From assembly GCA_017617125.1 (NCBI GenBank), contig JAFZWY010000008.1, forward strand, positions 153,858 to 217,857: a DNA stretch of 64,000 bases. The letters run 5' to 3'. Position 1 is the first letter of the stretch; every line of letters starts with the position of its first letter. Below are positions 30,980 through 40,438 of the stretch, in pieces. A program made the translations under genes and the position numbers. A model generated the notes under the pieces. That model was not told where the DNA came from, ran no database searches, and worked only from the letters and a program-made list of their open reading frames with translations. The stretch comes from Bacteroidales bacterium (GTDB lineage: Bacteria > Bacteroidota > Bacteroidia > Bacteroidales > ML635J-15).

Positions 30980-32359
30980 TTATTTTTCCAGGAATGACTT
31001 TATTACACCGAAAATTTCGGTGTTGTCGAGTATAGGAGTTGTTGTTCCTACTGCATAAACAGGGACTTTTGCGCAGGTGTGGGCTGTTGTGGAGAATCCT
31101 ACCGACGCCTTGCGGTTCATAATCTGGCAGAAAGCATAAGCCATTGGATTGATACCGTTGTATTTCGACTTGGCTTCGTCCTTTGCGCGGTTCGATTTTG
31201 CGTTAATTGCAGCGTAAGCTTCGTTTAGCAATGCTTGTTCGTCTGCCGAAAAATCCATGTCTGTTCCCATGAAGTACTTTGATGCCAGGTCGGTATAGTC
31301 TTTCATCGAAACGTTTTCTTCGTTCTTTGTCTGCTTCTTTATTACAGATGCGAACTTCGACATCGACATTTTCTGCTTGCTAAGTATTCCAAAGTCCGAT
31401 TCGTAGCCATTGTCGGCAATGCCTAGCGATACACCGCCTGTTTCGTGGTCGGCGGTAATTATTATCATGGTTTCGTTTTTGTGCTGCAAGTAGAAATTGT
31501 AAGCCACTTCAATGGCATTGTCGAAATCCTCCATTTCACCGATGATTGTGCCGGCATCGTTGTCGTGGGCGGCGTAGTCGATTTTACCACCTTCCACCAT
31601 CATAAAGAACCCTTTTTTGTTGTCGAGATGCACAATTGCGGTTTCCACTATTTCGGCGAGCGAGTTGCCAGGAGCTCCTTCGCGGTCGATGGCGTAAGGC
31701 ATGCTTGCGTCTTTTTCGAGGGTTTCGTTGGTGAAAATAACTTTTGTGTCGTGGCTTTTAAGTGAAGCGATTGCTTTTAGTGATGTAAAAGTCAAGTAAC
31801 CGGACTCTTGGTATATTGTCATCAAATCCTTTTCATCCTTTTTGTTGCCGGTCTGCTTTAGCAGTCCGCCGCCACCGAAAAAGTCGAAGTTGCTTTCTGG
31901 AAGCTGAAGACCTATCTGGTAGTAGTTTTTGCGTGTGGGTTGGTTGGCATAGAACGAAGCAGGGGTGGCGTGGTTCATTGGTGCGGTGCTTATAATGCCG
32001 ACTTTCATTCCCATTTCCTTGGCTACCTTGGCTATCGATTTCGGCTGGCTGCCGGTTTCTGAATAAGCGATTTCTCCAACGTTGAACTTTTCTCCGCAGG
32101 CAATGGCCGAACCTGCAGCTCCCGAATCGGTTATGCGGCGGTTTTTGCAAACCGTGCTGCACATCGAAAGCAATGGCAGTTTGTTGATTGTTGATTGTGA
32201 GAATCCACTTTTGCCTTCCTTCTCTGCGAGATATGCTTCATAAAGGTCGACATCTATTTGCCCCATACCATCACCGATGAACAAGAAGACATATTTCTGT
32301 GCATTGGCAAACGTAATGGTTGCCAGCAATATTATGACAATAATAAAACACTTTCTCAT
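30980..32359 (-). CDS. Alkaline phosphatase
   Basis: FIGDGMG, TDSGAAGSA (catalytic Ser), HATPA, VEGGKIDYAAH and TADHETGG motifs; signal peptide from ATG 32359. Confidence 0.93.
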   Translation of the reverse strand: MRKCFIIVIILLATITFANAQKYVFLFIGDGMGQIDVDLYEAYLAEKEGKSGFSQSTINKLPLLSMCSTVCKNRRITDSGAAGSAIACGEKFNVGEIAYSETGSQPKSIAKVAKEMGMKVGIISTAPMNHATPASFYANQPTRKNYYQIGLQLPESNFDFFGGGGLLKQTGNKKDEKDLMTIYQESGYLTFTSLKAIASLKSHDTKVIFTNETLEKDASMPYAIDREGAPGNSLAEIVETAIVHLDNKKGFFMMVEGGKIDYAAHDNDAGTIIGEMEDFDNAIEVAYNFYLQHKNETMIIITADHETGGVSLGIADNGYESDFGILSKQKMSMSKFASVIKKQTKNEENVSMKDYTDLASKYFMGTDMDFSADEQALLNEAYAAINAKSNRAKDEAKSKYNGINPMAYAFCQIMNRKASVGFSTTAHTCAKVPVYAVGTTTPILDNTEIFGVIKSFLEK

Positions 32360-32612
32360 CGTACATTTATTTGTGTGCAAATATGAAAAAAATAATTGGC
32401 ATTAACTAGAGTTTTTATGAATAGATACTAACAATTGGTTTCTATGGCTGAGCCGTTTCTGAGTTTCTATGTGCTGCGCACGTTTAACTTCGTTGAGGGC
32501 TTCGCCGTTCAGGTTTCACGTTTCACGTTTCAAGTTTCAGGTTCAACGTTTAAAGTTCAAAATTCAATGATTTGAAATCGTAACCATTTTGCGTTATCTT
32601 TGCACAAAAATT

Positions 32613-34457
32613 ATGACAATGGAAAACAATAAGGTTCGCATAATTCCAATAGAGGACTTTTTTCGCAATTCGGAAAAGTCGTCGTTTGACATTTCGCCCG
32701 ATGGCAAGCACATTTCGTATATGGCTCCATACAAGTCGAGAATGAACATTTTTGTAAGTGGCATCGACCTAGGTGAACCCAAGCAAATTACTTTCGAGGA
32801 GGAGCGTGATATTGCTGGTTACATGTGGGCCAACAACAATAGAATCCTTTTTATGAAGGACGATGGTGGCGACGAGAATTTCCAGCTATATGGCGTTGAT
32901 GCCGATGGTACCGATATGCGTCCATATACCAAAATGAAAGGTGTGCGCACCCATATTCTTGACGATCTCGAGGAAATCGACGATGAAATTCTAATCGAGA
33001 CCAATCAGCGCAATCCTGAGATTTTCGACCCGTACCGACTGAACCTTAAAACCGGCGAAATGACCATGCTTGCCGAAAATCCAGGCAACATCCAAGCTTG
33101 GATGACCGACCACGACGGCAAACTGCGAATAGCCTATTCGATAGTTGATGGTGTGGACCAGGAGATGCTCTACCGCGATACCGAGGACGAGGATTTCCGT
33201 CCTGTGATCCGCACTTCGTTCAAGGAAGATGTGTCGGCAATTGTTTTTACCGCCGACAACAAGAATGTGTATGCCATCACCAATCTCGGGCGCGACAAGT
33301 CGGCTCTGGTGCTCATGAATCCTGCTACAGCCGAGGAACTTGAGGAGATTTTTACAAACGACCGCTACGACATTTCTGGTGTAGGATGGTCGAACCTTCA
33401 TAAAAAACTTACTTCTGTTTCGTTTGCCGGACATAAGGATACTGTGCGTCATTTCTTTGACGCTGAGGCTGAGCGCATCAACCAGAGGCTGACAGAAGCA
33501 TTCCCGAACCACAAGTTCGGTACAGCAGCCACCAATAAGGCCGAGGATATGAGAATAATCTATGTCGGCAACGACCGCACACGTGGCGCATATTACCTCT
33601 ACGATGTCAATGCCGACAAGATTAGCAAGATTGCCGACCTTTCTCCGTGGCTGAAAGAGGAGGAATTGTCGTCGATGATTCCAGTGGTTTATACTTCGCG
33701 CGACGGCTTGCAAATCGAGGCTTACCTTACTTTGCCGAATGGCTATACGCTCGAAACTGCGCGAAATCTGCCTACTGTTGTAATTCCTCACGGTGGTCCG
33801 TGGGCACGCGACTATTGGGGCTACGATTCGGAGGTGCAGTTCCTTGCAAATAGGGGGTATGCTGTATTTCAGATGAATTTCCGCGGCTCTACAGGGTTTG
33901 GTCGCAAGTTCAAGGAATTGTCGTACAAGCAGTGGGGACAGACAATGCAGGATGACATTACCGATGGCGTTATGTGGCTGATTGAAAATGGATATGCCGA
34001 CCCGAAGCGAATTGCTATTTACGGCGGAAGCTATGGTGGTTATGCCACCTTGCAGGCATTGGTTAAGACTCCTGAACTTTTTGCTTGCGGTGTTGATTAT
34101 GTAGGCGTTTCTAACTTGTTTACCTTCTTGAACACTATTCCGCCGTACTGGAAGCCAATGTTGGAGATGATGTACGAGCAGGTGGGTAATCCCGAGACCG
34201 ACAAAGAGATGCTTGCCGCCAATTCGCCAGCTTTGAATGCCGATAGGATTGTACGTCCGTTATTTATTGCGCAGGGAGCCAATGATCCGCGTGTCAACAA
34301 GGCTGAATCCGACCAGATGGTAGAGGCTTTGCGCAAGCGTGGCGTGGAGGTCGATTATATGGTTAAGGACAACGAAGGCCATGGTTTCCACAACGAGGAA
34401 AACAGGTTCGAGTTTTATCATGCGATGGAGAGATTTTTGAAGAAATATTTGGAATAA
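32613..34457 (+). CDS. S9 family (prolyl oligopeptidase-type) peptidase
   Basis: HGGPW, GGSYGGY (Ser), NDPRV (Asp) and EGHGF (His) catalytic motifs. Confidence 0.93.
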   Translation: MTMENNKVRIIPIEDFFRNSEKSSFDISPDGKHISYMAPYKSRMNIFVSGIDLGEPKQITFEEERDIAGYMWANNNRILFMKDDGGDENFQLYGVDADGTDMRPYTKMKGVRTHILDDLEEIDDEILIETNQRNPEIFDPYRLNLKTGEMTMLAENPGNIQAWMTDHDGKLRIAYSIVDGVDQEMLYRDTEDEDFRPVIRTSFKEDVSAIVFTADNKNVYAITNLGRDKSALVLMNPATAEELEEIFTNDRYDISGVGWSNLHKKLTSVSFAGHKDTVRHFFDAEAERINQRLTEAFPNHKFGTAATNKAEDMRIIYVGNDRTRGAYYLYDVNADKISKIADLSPWLKEEELSSMIPVVYTSRDGLQIEAYLTLPNGYTLETARNLPTVVIPHGGPWARDYWGYDSEVQFLANRGYAVFQMNFRGSTGFGRKFKELSYKQWGQTMQDDITDGVMWLIENGYADPKRIAIYGGSYGGYATLQALVKTPELFACGVDYVGVSNLFTFLNTIPPYWKPMLEMMYEQVGNPETDKEMLAANSPALNADRIVRPLFIAQGANDPRVNKAESDQMVEALRKRGVEVDYMVKDNEGHGFHNEENRFEFYHAMERFLKKYLE

Positions 34458-34483
34458 ATGGATAATAGTGTCAATTGATAATG

Positions 34484-34525
34484 AAAAAAAACGGAATGTC
34501 ATTCAGAACTTGATTCCGTTTTTTT
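34484..34525. terminator. Bidirectional terminator with a repeat fragment in its loop
   Basis: AAAAAAAACGGAAT-[GTCATTCAGAACTTG]-ATTCCGTTTTTTT between convergent genes. Confidence 0.75.
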
Positions 34526-34545
34526 GTTGGTGTAATATTATATTT

Positions 34546-35481
34546 TCACCTTTTTTGTTTCCCTGTCTGTTTGCCTTTGTACATTTTTTCCATAGAATCA
34601 ATGGTTTCCTTCATGCGGTTACGTAGTGAAGTCGGTTCCATGATTTCAACCTCGTTGTTCATGGTAAGGAGTTCCTGTATCAATTCGTAGGTTGTTTTTA
34701 TGTCGTATTCGAAGATGGCGTATTTATCGTTTGACTTTGCCAGATTTTCCTTTTGCGAGCTATGTAGCGGAAGCGAGCGAAGGTAGCAGTCGCGGTGGCC
34801 GTATTGTTCGCCTTTGTATGCCTTTAGGACAACGTGCTCGACTTTTGCATTGGTAATGCTTATGCCGATTATGTTTTCGAAAGTTTCGTCGGGGGCGATG
34901 TCGGGGAACTTGTATTTTTTGTCGGTAACTTCGATTTCGTTTATTCTGTCGAGGGCGTAGATGCGGTTGCCGACCTGCGATTTGGCGTAAACATACCAGC
35001 GTTGGCGGAACAGTTTTACGCAGATGGGCTTTATCTCGAAATCGCTTTCGTGTTTTCCGAATCCCTGATACCATATATGTAGCACGGTCAGGTCGCGTAT
35101 TGCCTCGATGATAGTTGTCAGGAACTTTTGTCCCGACGGGATATTTTCGAGCAGGATACGTTTTTTCAGTTGCTGGCTATCGCATACGAAGTTGTGCAGC
35201 GACATTGAGTTTAGCAGCCAGTTTTTTGTAGAGTCGGACTTGCTGTCGTCGTAGGTGATGAAGTAGTTGTATTCACCGCATCCCTCGCATTCTATGTCGA
35301 TGCCGAAAATGTCGGCAATGTCGTTGATGTGTCGCAGGAAAGTTCGTTTGCTAAGTTCCAAACCACCGTCGCGTTCGCTGCGTTGCCAGGCTTTGTTTAT
35401 TTCCTTGAACGGAACACTGCCTTTTCTGCGTATGAAGTCAATTAGCCATACATAATTGGAAATCAATGATTTTGTATCCAT
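34546..35481 (-). CDS. WYL-domain transcriptional regulator (wHTH-WYL-WCX)
   Basis: N-terminal HTH LSKRTFLRHINDIADIFGIDIEC; WYL core KLFRQRWYV...RIYALDRI; C-terminal LRSLPLHSSQ...EPTSLR; start placed at ATG 35481 because the ORF-track start overlaps the promoter. Confidence 0.92.
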   Translation of the reverse strand: MDTKSLISNYVWLIDFIRRKGSVPFKEINKAWQRSERDGGLELSKRTFLRHINDIADIFGIDIECEGCGEYNYFITYDDSKSDSTKNWLLNSMSLHNFVCDSQQLKKRILLENIPSGQKFLTTIIEAIRDLTVLHIWYQGFGKHESDFEIKPICVKLFRQRWYVYAKSQVGNRIYALDRINEIEVTDKKYKFPDIAPDETFENIIGISITNAKVEHVVLKAYKGEQYGHRDCYLRSLPLHSSQKENLAKSNDKYAIFEYDIKTTYELIQELLTMNNEVEIMEPTSLRNRMKETIDSMEKMYKGKQTGKQKR

Positions 35482-35510
35482 GTTGCGTTTGTCTTTTTTG
35501 TTTGTTTCTG

Positions 35511-35547
35511 CAAAACTACAAAAAAGATACGACAAAAAATGGCGGAT
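35511..35547 (-). promoter_or_regulatory. WYL box + -7 box upstream of the WYL gene
   Basis: ATACGAC-AAAAAAT-GGCGGAT (35527-35547), 8 bp from TAGTTTTG (35511-35518, minus strand). Confidence 0.75.
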
Positions 35548-35571
35548 GATGGAAATAGTTTGCAAATGTCA

Positions 35572-35622
35572 TTACACATTTTATGAACCATTTTGGAGTG
35601 CAATTTACACATTTTATGAAGA
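35572..35622. repeat. Direct repeat (2 x TTACACATTTTATGAA, 33-bp period) just past the ATPase stop codon
   Basis: 47/51 identical to 37086-37136 by manual alignment. Confidence 0.92.
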
Positions 35623-35629
35623 CTTCGCC

Positions 35630-36961
35630 CTATCCATTATGCACCTCTATCCATCTCTTTAGCAGGAATGCCGTAAAATACGGGAAGGTGTAGAACTTTC
35701 CGTTGAAACCTACATTTTTGTTGCAAAGTTTTATTCCGTACTTTATGTCTGGGTACGAGTCGCTCTTTATCAGATTGTTGAGCGATACGGTAGCAGCATC
35801 CTTGGCTTTCACTTCGACAGGGACAAGACTGTTGGTGTCGCGGACGAAGAAATCCATTTCGAGCTGGGCATTTTCCTTCTTATAGTAATAAGTTGGAAGT
35901 CCCGATTTTACAAATGCTTCTGCAACAACATTCTCGTAAATTGCCCCCTTGTATATGCCAAGGTTTTTGTTTTGGCGCAGGTCGGCAAGCGAATATTCGT
36001 CGAGGCTTGCCATAAGAAGACCGTTGTCGTGGAAATAAATCTTGTACTTTGCTTCGTCGTAGTTGCCACGCAATGGCAATTCGGGGAACGACAGGCAATA
36101 GCAGATGTTGATTATGCCCGCATCGTTGAGCCAGTCAACGCAACCGATGTATTCGCGGCTTCGGGCGTGTGCGGCAACCTTGGTGACTTGGAATTTCTTG
36201 TTTTCCTTTGCCAGAAAGACAGGAATGTTGCGATACACATTCTTTATTTTTGCCTTGTCAATTCCTCGGGCATATTTGGTGATGTCGTTTTCGTAGTCGA
36301 GAAGAAGTTGCCTTTGCATTGCAAGCGTATCGCTATAGTTGCCAGAATTTATGAAATTGCTTACTATTGCAGGCATTCCGCCTACTGTTATGTATTCGAG
36401 AAACTTTTCGCGGAGCACATCCATTTCAAGTTGCGAAAACGGCGTGACTTCCACAAGATGCTGGAAAATGTTCTCTATGAGTTCGGGCGTATAACCTTTT
36501 GCCCACAGAAATTCCTCAAAATCGAGAGAATACATGGTAATGTCGGTTTTGTAGCCAACGCTTACCGAGGTTATTTCCTTGTAGTTGAGTCCCATCATCG
36601 AGCCGGAGCAAATCACATCGTACCGTCCGTCCTGCTTGAAGAACTTGAGACTAGTAGTGCAGTCGGGGTATTCCTGTACCTCGTCGAAGAAAATCAATGT
36701 ATCGTTTTCTATGAATTTGAAGTTAGGGTTTATCAGACTAATCTGCAATACGATTTCACTGGCACCGAATCCGTTTGCAAATATTTGCTTGTATTCGGGA
36801 TTAGTTACGAAGTTAATCTCAACGAACGACTTGTAGGTTTTTCCGAACTGCCGTATCGAGTATGTTTTCCCCACTTGCCTTGCACCGCGCACAATCAACG
36901 GCATTCGGTTGGGATTGTTTTTCCAGTTGAGCAGATATTTGTCTATTTTGCGTTCCATCAT
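35630..36961 (-). CDS. ATP-binding protein, AAA_14 + DUF4143-type (C-terminal PD-(D/E)XK-like)
   Basis: GARQVGKT, FFDEVQ, ICSGS, GGMP, KIYFHDNGLL, GAIYEN and EMDFF...PVEVKA motifs. Confidence 0.88.
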   Translation of the reverse strand: MMERKIDKYLLNWKNNPNRMPLIVRGARQVGKTYSIRQFGKTYKSFVEINFVTNPEYKQIFANGFGASEIVLQISLINPNFKFIENDTLIFFDEVQEYPDCTTSLKFFKQDGRYDVICSGSMMGLNYKEITSVSVGYKTDITMYSLDFEEFLWAKGYTPELIENIFQHLVEVTPFSQLEMDVLREKFLEYITVGGMPAIVSNFINSGNYSDTLAMQRQLLLDYENDITKYARGIDKAKIKNVYRNIPVFLAKENKKFQVTKVAAHARSREYIGCVDWLNDAGIINICYCLSFPELPLRGNYDEAKYKIYFHDNGLLMASLDEYSLADLRQNKNLGIYKGAIYENVVAEAFVKSGLPTYYYKKENAQLEMDFFVRDTNSLVPVEVKAKDAATVSLNNLIKSDSYPDIKYGIKLCNKNVGFNGKFYTFPYFTAFLLKRWIEVHNG

Positions 36962-36965
36962 AGCG

Positions 36966-37136
36966 TTTCACATTTTATGTACATTTTCAACCGCAAATTT
37001 ACACATTTTATGAATATCTGCAAATTTTTCTAAATCATTTATAATCAATATTCCTCACATTTTATGAAGGTTTTTAGTTGTGATTTTACATATTTTATGA
37101 ACCATTTTGGATGGTAATTTACACATTTTATGAAGA
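36966..37136. repeat. Array of five CACATTTTATGAA-type motifs upstream of the ATPase, overlapping its -7 box
   Basis: 16-mers start at 36966, 36999, 37053, 37086 and 37119 (spacings 33, 54, 33, 33); TAAATTTG box at 36994-37001 on the minus strand. Confidence 0.9.
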
Positions 37137-37146
37137 GGAGAGAATA

Positions 37147-37175
37147 AAAATCCCCGCTGGGAGGGGCGGGGAAAA
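37147..37175 (-). terminator. Probable intrinsic terminator
   Basis: CCCCGC-TGGGAGGG-GCGGGG hairpin with a T-run on the minus strand, downstream of the 37188 gene. Confidence 0.65.
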
Positions 37176-37187
37176 GTGAAAATTAAT

Positions 37188-38327
37188 TTATTGCTTCTTT
37201 GTTTCTTCGATTATCTTTTTCCCTAGTTCAATAATTTTGCTTTCAGCAAGTTTTTCCTGTATAACCAATGGAAGTTTTGTTAAACTTTGACTATCAATAT
37301 CAATTTTCAAACTTGCATAATGTCTCCAAATATTACCATGTTTTTCCGATTCTTTTAACATTGGAAACTCATTGTTTAGTATGGCTCTAAAATGATCATG
37401 CTTGTTCTCTACACTACTTTTGACTTTATTTTGAATTTCAAAAACAACTAATATATGGGGGCTCGAATCATTTCCTGGCCTTAGTATTCGTTTATAGAAA
37501 CAGGTCAACATAACATCTTTATTACTTTTGAATATATACTTAACATACTCTTCATTCTCTCCTGTTTTTTCTTTTTTGAGTTCTAATTTTTGGCTATCTA
37601 TATAATTTTTCAATACAGAGTCTTTTTTCAATGTCATAATGTCTGTAATGTATTCCTTAATAACTCTATATACATCATGAACTTTAGTAATCTTCTCTCT
37701 ATTCCCAAAAAAGAAATCGGTTTCGTTTTTACCAATCATATTTGTGTGATTTTTAACGTTTTTATAAAATTCTTGCAATAAATATATGTGATAAGGTTTC
37801 GCTTCTGGCAGATACTCATGGATATTTTTCATAATCTCATTAAGAAGTTCTAAATGCGTAATACTTTGATATCTGTCAAGATTATATTTTGACAGACCTA
37901 ACACTATTACTTCAACATTCTCATAGCCTTTTGCTTCAACACTTTCTTTATACAATTTTAAATCATTATTTAAAGTATGGTACACCTTGTTTTCTATAAC
38001 AATAGCATTACTTTTCTTTTTGTCAGTGAGTAAAATATCAATTCTTTTTTTGTCTTTTACGACATATTCTCGGTCTATTTTAAATTCTTCAAGGAAACCT
38101 TGCTCAAGTTTTGCTGTTTTTTCTAAACTTCGTATGAACAAGTCTTTCATATTGTGTTCTTCTTTGACATTAAAAAAGAAACTATATATGTCAGACCACA
38201 TATTCTCATGGTGCGTAACTCCAGTAATATCCATCAATGAACGTTGCCAACCTTTGTGTTTCGGAATATCGTCAAGTTTTAGTTTATCCAACCATTCTTG
38301 ACATTCTTTTATCTCTGTATCTGTCAT
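37188..38327 (-). CDS. PD-(D/E)XK nuclease family protein (PDDEXK_4-like)
   Basis: HENMWSD, REYVV...RIDILL...IVIENKV motif; AT-rich; start placed at ATG 38327 downstream of TATATTTG. Confidence 0.82.
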   Translation of the reverse strand: MTDTEIKECQEWLDKLKLDDIPKHKGWQRSLMDITGVTHHENMWSDIYSFFFNVKEEHNMKDLFIRSLEKTAKLEQGFLEEFKIDREYVVKDKKRIDILLTDKKKSNAIVIENKVYHTLNNDLKLYKESVEAKGYENVEVIVLGLSKYNLDRYQSITHLELLNEIMKNIHEYLPEAKPYHIYLLQEFYKNVKNHTNMIGKNETDFFFGNREKITKVHDVYRVIKEYITDIMTLKKDSVLKNYIDSQKLELKKEKTGENEEYVKYIFKSNKDVMLTCFYKRILRPGNDSSPHILVVFEIQNKVKSSVENKHDHFRAILNNEFPMLKESEKHGNIWRHYASLKIDIDSQSLTKLPLVIQEKLAESKIIELGKKIIEETKKQ

Positions 38328-38414
38328 AATATAATCAACATTTATTGTGAGTTGCAAATATAATCATTTTGCCCAATTATCCAACATCTTATTGCAAATT
38401 ATAACCGCTTTCGC

Positions 38415-38738
38415 TCATTTTTTACATTCCATTCTAACTTCAAAAAGATCTGGATTTATCATGACCAATTCTCCGATGTTGTTTGGCAAAGCCGACAAAA
38501 ATTTGCCTGATTCCGAAAACATCATGTATTCATTACCAATATGTAATACTACAAATCCTTCTCCGAAACTGCAACCCTTGTAGGAATCTTCCGTCACTTT
38601 TTGTGCGTCTAAAAATACCGATTTCTTTGGTTTGTCGGTATATGTTATACTCATGTAGGGCAAACTTACTGTTTGTGGTTGGTTCATGGAGAAATCCTCC
38701 AACCGAGTGAACGATACTTTAGCTTTCTTAATTGTCAT
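38415..38738 (-). CDS. Hypothetical protein (107 aa)
   Basis: ATG ORF directly downstream of a WYL box + TATGTTTG promoter. Confidence 0.6.
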   Translation of the reverse strand: MTIKKAKVSFTRLEDFSMNQPQTVSLPYMSITYTDKPKKSVFLDAQKVTEDSYKGCSFGEGFVVLHIGNEYMMFSESGKFLSALPNNIGELVMINPDLFEVRMECKK

Positions 38739-38764
38739 AGTTCTATCGCTTTAGTTTTATTGCG

Positions 38765-38801
38765 CAAACATAGAATAATCATACGCCAAAATGTGTCGTA
38801 T
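38765..38801 (-). promoter_or_regulatory. WYL box + -7 box
   Basis: ATACGCC-AAAATGT-GTCGTAT (38781-38801), 8 bp from TATGTTTG (38765-38772). Confidence 0.8.
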
Positions 38802-38857
38802 GATTATTCTTTTGAAAATTATTTGCTGGTTATTGAAATGCTCGTCCATCAAAAGTC

Positions 38858-39535
38858 TTACTTGTAATGAATTTTATAATCCATTTTAACATTTACTTCG
38901 ATATGGAAATCTCTAACATATATGAAGTCTGACAATGCAAACATAGTATGTTCAAACAAATCATGGAAAGGCATAATTAGGTGTAAATCCTTTGTCAAAT
39001 TAGTGTCAAGCCCTTCGTTCCAATTTGGTGTTTTTGTTGATATCCCGATGTAATTGTCAAAAGTTTCTTTTTCTATATTATCCAAATAAAGGCTAGGGTA
39101 TATTCCATAACTATATTCTTGATGTAGGTCATTGTCGGTTAGTGCCTCCCATAAAGTTGATTGGCTATACGCCACTTTGCTTTTTTCTCCAGATAACGGA
39201 TGTTTTTGGGGATAATTAGTATCAAACCATAGACTAGCAACAATATCACGATGTTCATAGTTGATTTTCTTGTGAATGTCGGAAACTAGTTCCCACATGT
39301 TAAGAAAAGCAGCTTTCAAAGCGTCATTAAACGATACAATATCTGACAATAATTCGTTTTCATGTTTCATCAATTCGCCATTGATAATTTGCTTGCGCCG
39401 ATTCATCGAATAATCAAGCACACAGCGCATTCGTTTAGGCTCAATATTGCCGGTGTACTTTTTTTCATACATATCGCAAATCCATTTTTCAAGTCCCTGT
39501 ATTTCTGTAGTTGTCAAAATCTTAACTATTTCCAT
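38858..39535 (-). CDS. Hypothetical protein (~225 aa)
   Basis: Long AT-rich ORF; start placed at ATG 39535, downstream of the promoter/box at 39565-39601. Confidence 0.72.
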   Translation of the reverse strand: MEIVKILTTTEIQGLEKWICDMYEKKYTGNIEPKRMRCVLDYSMNRRKQIINGELMKHENELLSDIVSFNDALKAAFLNMWELVSDIHKKINYEHRDIVASLWFDTNYPQKHPLSGEKSKVAYSQSTLWEALTDNDLHQEYSYGIYPSLYLDNIEKETFDNYIGISTKTPNWNEGLDTNLTKDLHLIMPFHDLFEHTMFALSDFIYVRDFHIEVNVKMDYKIHYK

Positions 39536-39564
39536 TTCGTTATGTAGTTTTACGTTATAGACAA

Positions 39565-39601
39565 CAAAGGAATATGCTATGTCCGCCAAATCTTGTCACA
39601 C
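39565..39601 (-). promoter_or_regulatory. Degenerate WYL box + -7-like box
   Basis: GTCCGCC-AAATCTT-GTCACAC (39581-39601), 8 bp from TTCCTTTG (39565-39572). Confidence 0.6.
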
Positions 39602-39628
39602 CTTACTTTTTTTCATCAAAAAGGTACA

Positions 39629-39656
39629 AAAAAGGCGCACAACAATGCACGCCTTA
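39629..39656 (-). terminator. Probable intrinsic terminator
   Basis: AAGGCG...CGCCTT stem followed by a T-run on the minus strand, after the 74-aa gene. Confidence 0.55.
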
Positions 39657-39680
39657 ATCAAAATCTGGAAGTTTCAGGAA

Positions 39681-39905
39681 TCAGTTGAGTTTTTCTACCA
39701 CGAAGAGGCTAGCGTTGCCGAGGGCATTAGCCTTCTTTAAATCAACTCCGTACTTTGTCATGAAAGCCTTTGCAATTTCTTCCTTTGCCTTTGGGTTGCT
39801 GAACGGAGCAACTGTCGGTGATAAAACTTCTACTGACAATCCCTTCTCAATGTGCACGCCGTTTACATTGCTCTCGTGCTTGGTTGTAATTCTTAATAAA
39901 GCCAT
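39681..39905 (-). CDS. Small Bacteroidota protein (DUF6140-like, 74 aa)
   Basis: MALLRITTK...NGVHIEKGLSVEV...AFMTKYGVDLKKAN; family recalled from memory, not searched. Confidence 0.7.
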   Translation of the reverse strand: MALLRITTKHESNVNGVHIEKGLSVEVLSPTVAPFSNPKAKEEIAKAFMTKYGVDLKKANALGNASLFVVEKLN

Positions 39906-39921
39906 AACTTAAACAATAACA

Positions 39922-39998
39922 GGACTTCTATTTTAAACATTATTGCGCTGCATTCTCCTTTTTTGCCGAAGTCCATTTAAACAGAATCAGAGAAAAAC
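39922..39998 (-). repeat. Conserved leader element copy A (GGACTTC-N39-GAAGTCC)
   Basis: Shares GACTTCTA and TGCCGAAGTCCnTTTAAACAGAnTCnGAGAAAA with 42934-43007. Confidence 0.75.
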
Positions 39999-40014
39999 AG
40001 CCCAGAATTCGGAG

Positions 40015-40051
40015 CAAACATAGAATATACGTATGCCAAAACATGTCGTAT
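40015..40051 (-). promoter_or_regulatory. WYL box + -7 box
   Basis: GTATGCC-AAAACAT-GTCGTAT (40031-40051), 8 bp from TATGTTTG (40015-40022). Confidence 0.78.
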
Positions 40052-40054
40052 GAT

Positions 40055-40438
40055 TTAAGTTTTTCCCATTTCTTCCATCACTTTCTTCTTCATTTCCTCC
40101 ATCCTTGCAAGTCGCTCGTTTGTGCGGTCGTTCTGTTTTTGGTGTGTTGGGTCGAAATGGTCGAGAAGGTCGTAGAACTCACGACGGTGGTTGGGGTAGA
40201 TGATGTGGCACAATTCGTGGAAAATCACATGTTGCTGAAACTTCGATGGCATCTTCGCCAGCGCCTTGCTTAGACTAATTTTTGCAGGAGTGCAACCATA
40301 ACAAAGCCCCCAAGTTTTCTTGTTCTTGCCAATGCGCATTATTGGGTGCGGTATATGAGGAAATTCCGCCGAAAACTTATTCCAGCAATCCTCGAAAACA
40401 GGACTAAGTATTTGATATTCCGTTTTGTTTGCTTTCAT
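40055..40438 (-). CDS. YgjP/DUF45-like zinc metallopeptidase domain protein
   Basis: KTWGLC, VIFHELCHIIYPNHRREFY (HExxH...NH...F); ATGA overlap with the upstream gene. Confidence 0.78.
   Translation of the reverse strand: MKANKTEYQILSPVFEDCWNKFSAEFPHIPHPIMRIGKNKKTWGLCYGCTPAKISLSKALAKMPSKFQQHVIFHELCHIIYPNHRREFYDLLDHFDPTHQKQNDRTNERLARMEEMKKKVMEEMGKT

Noticed and set aside
35482-35565. ORF-track N-terminal extensions (WYL; also starts at 38357, 39589, 41487, 28474, 32589, 55243, 58770)
   Set aside because: They overlap or lie upstream of -7-type promoter boxes; downstream ATGs are more plausible.
36966-37136. CRISPR array
   Set aside because: The repeats are only ~16 bp with 17-bp spacers, one spacer is duplicated on the other side of the gene, and no cas genes are present.
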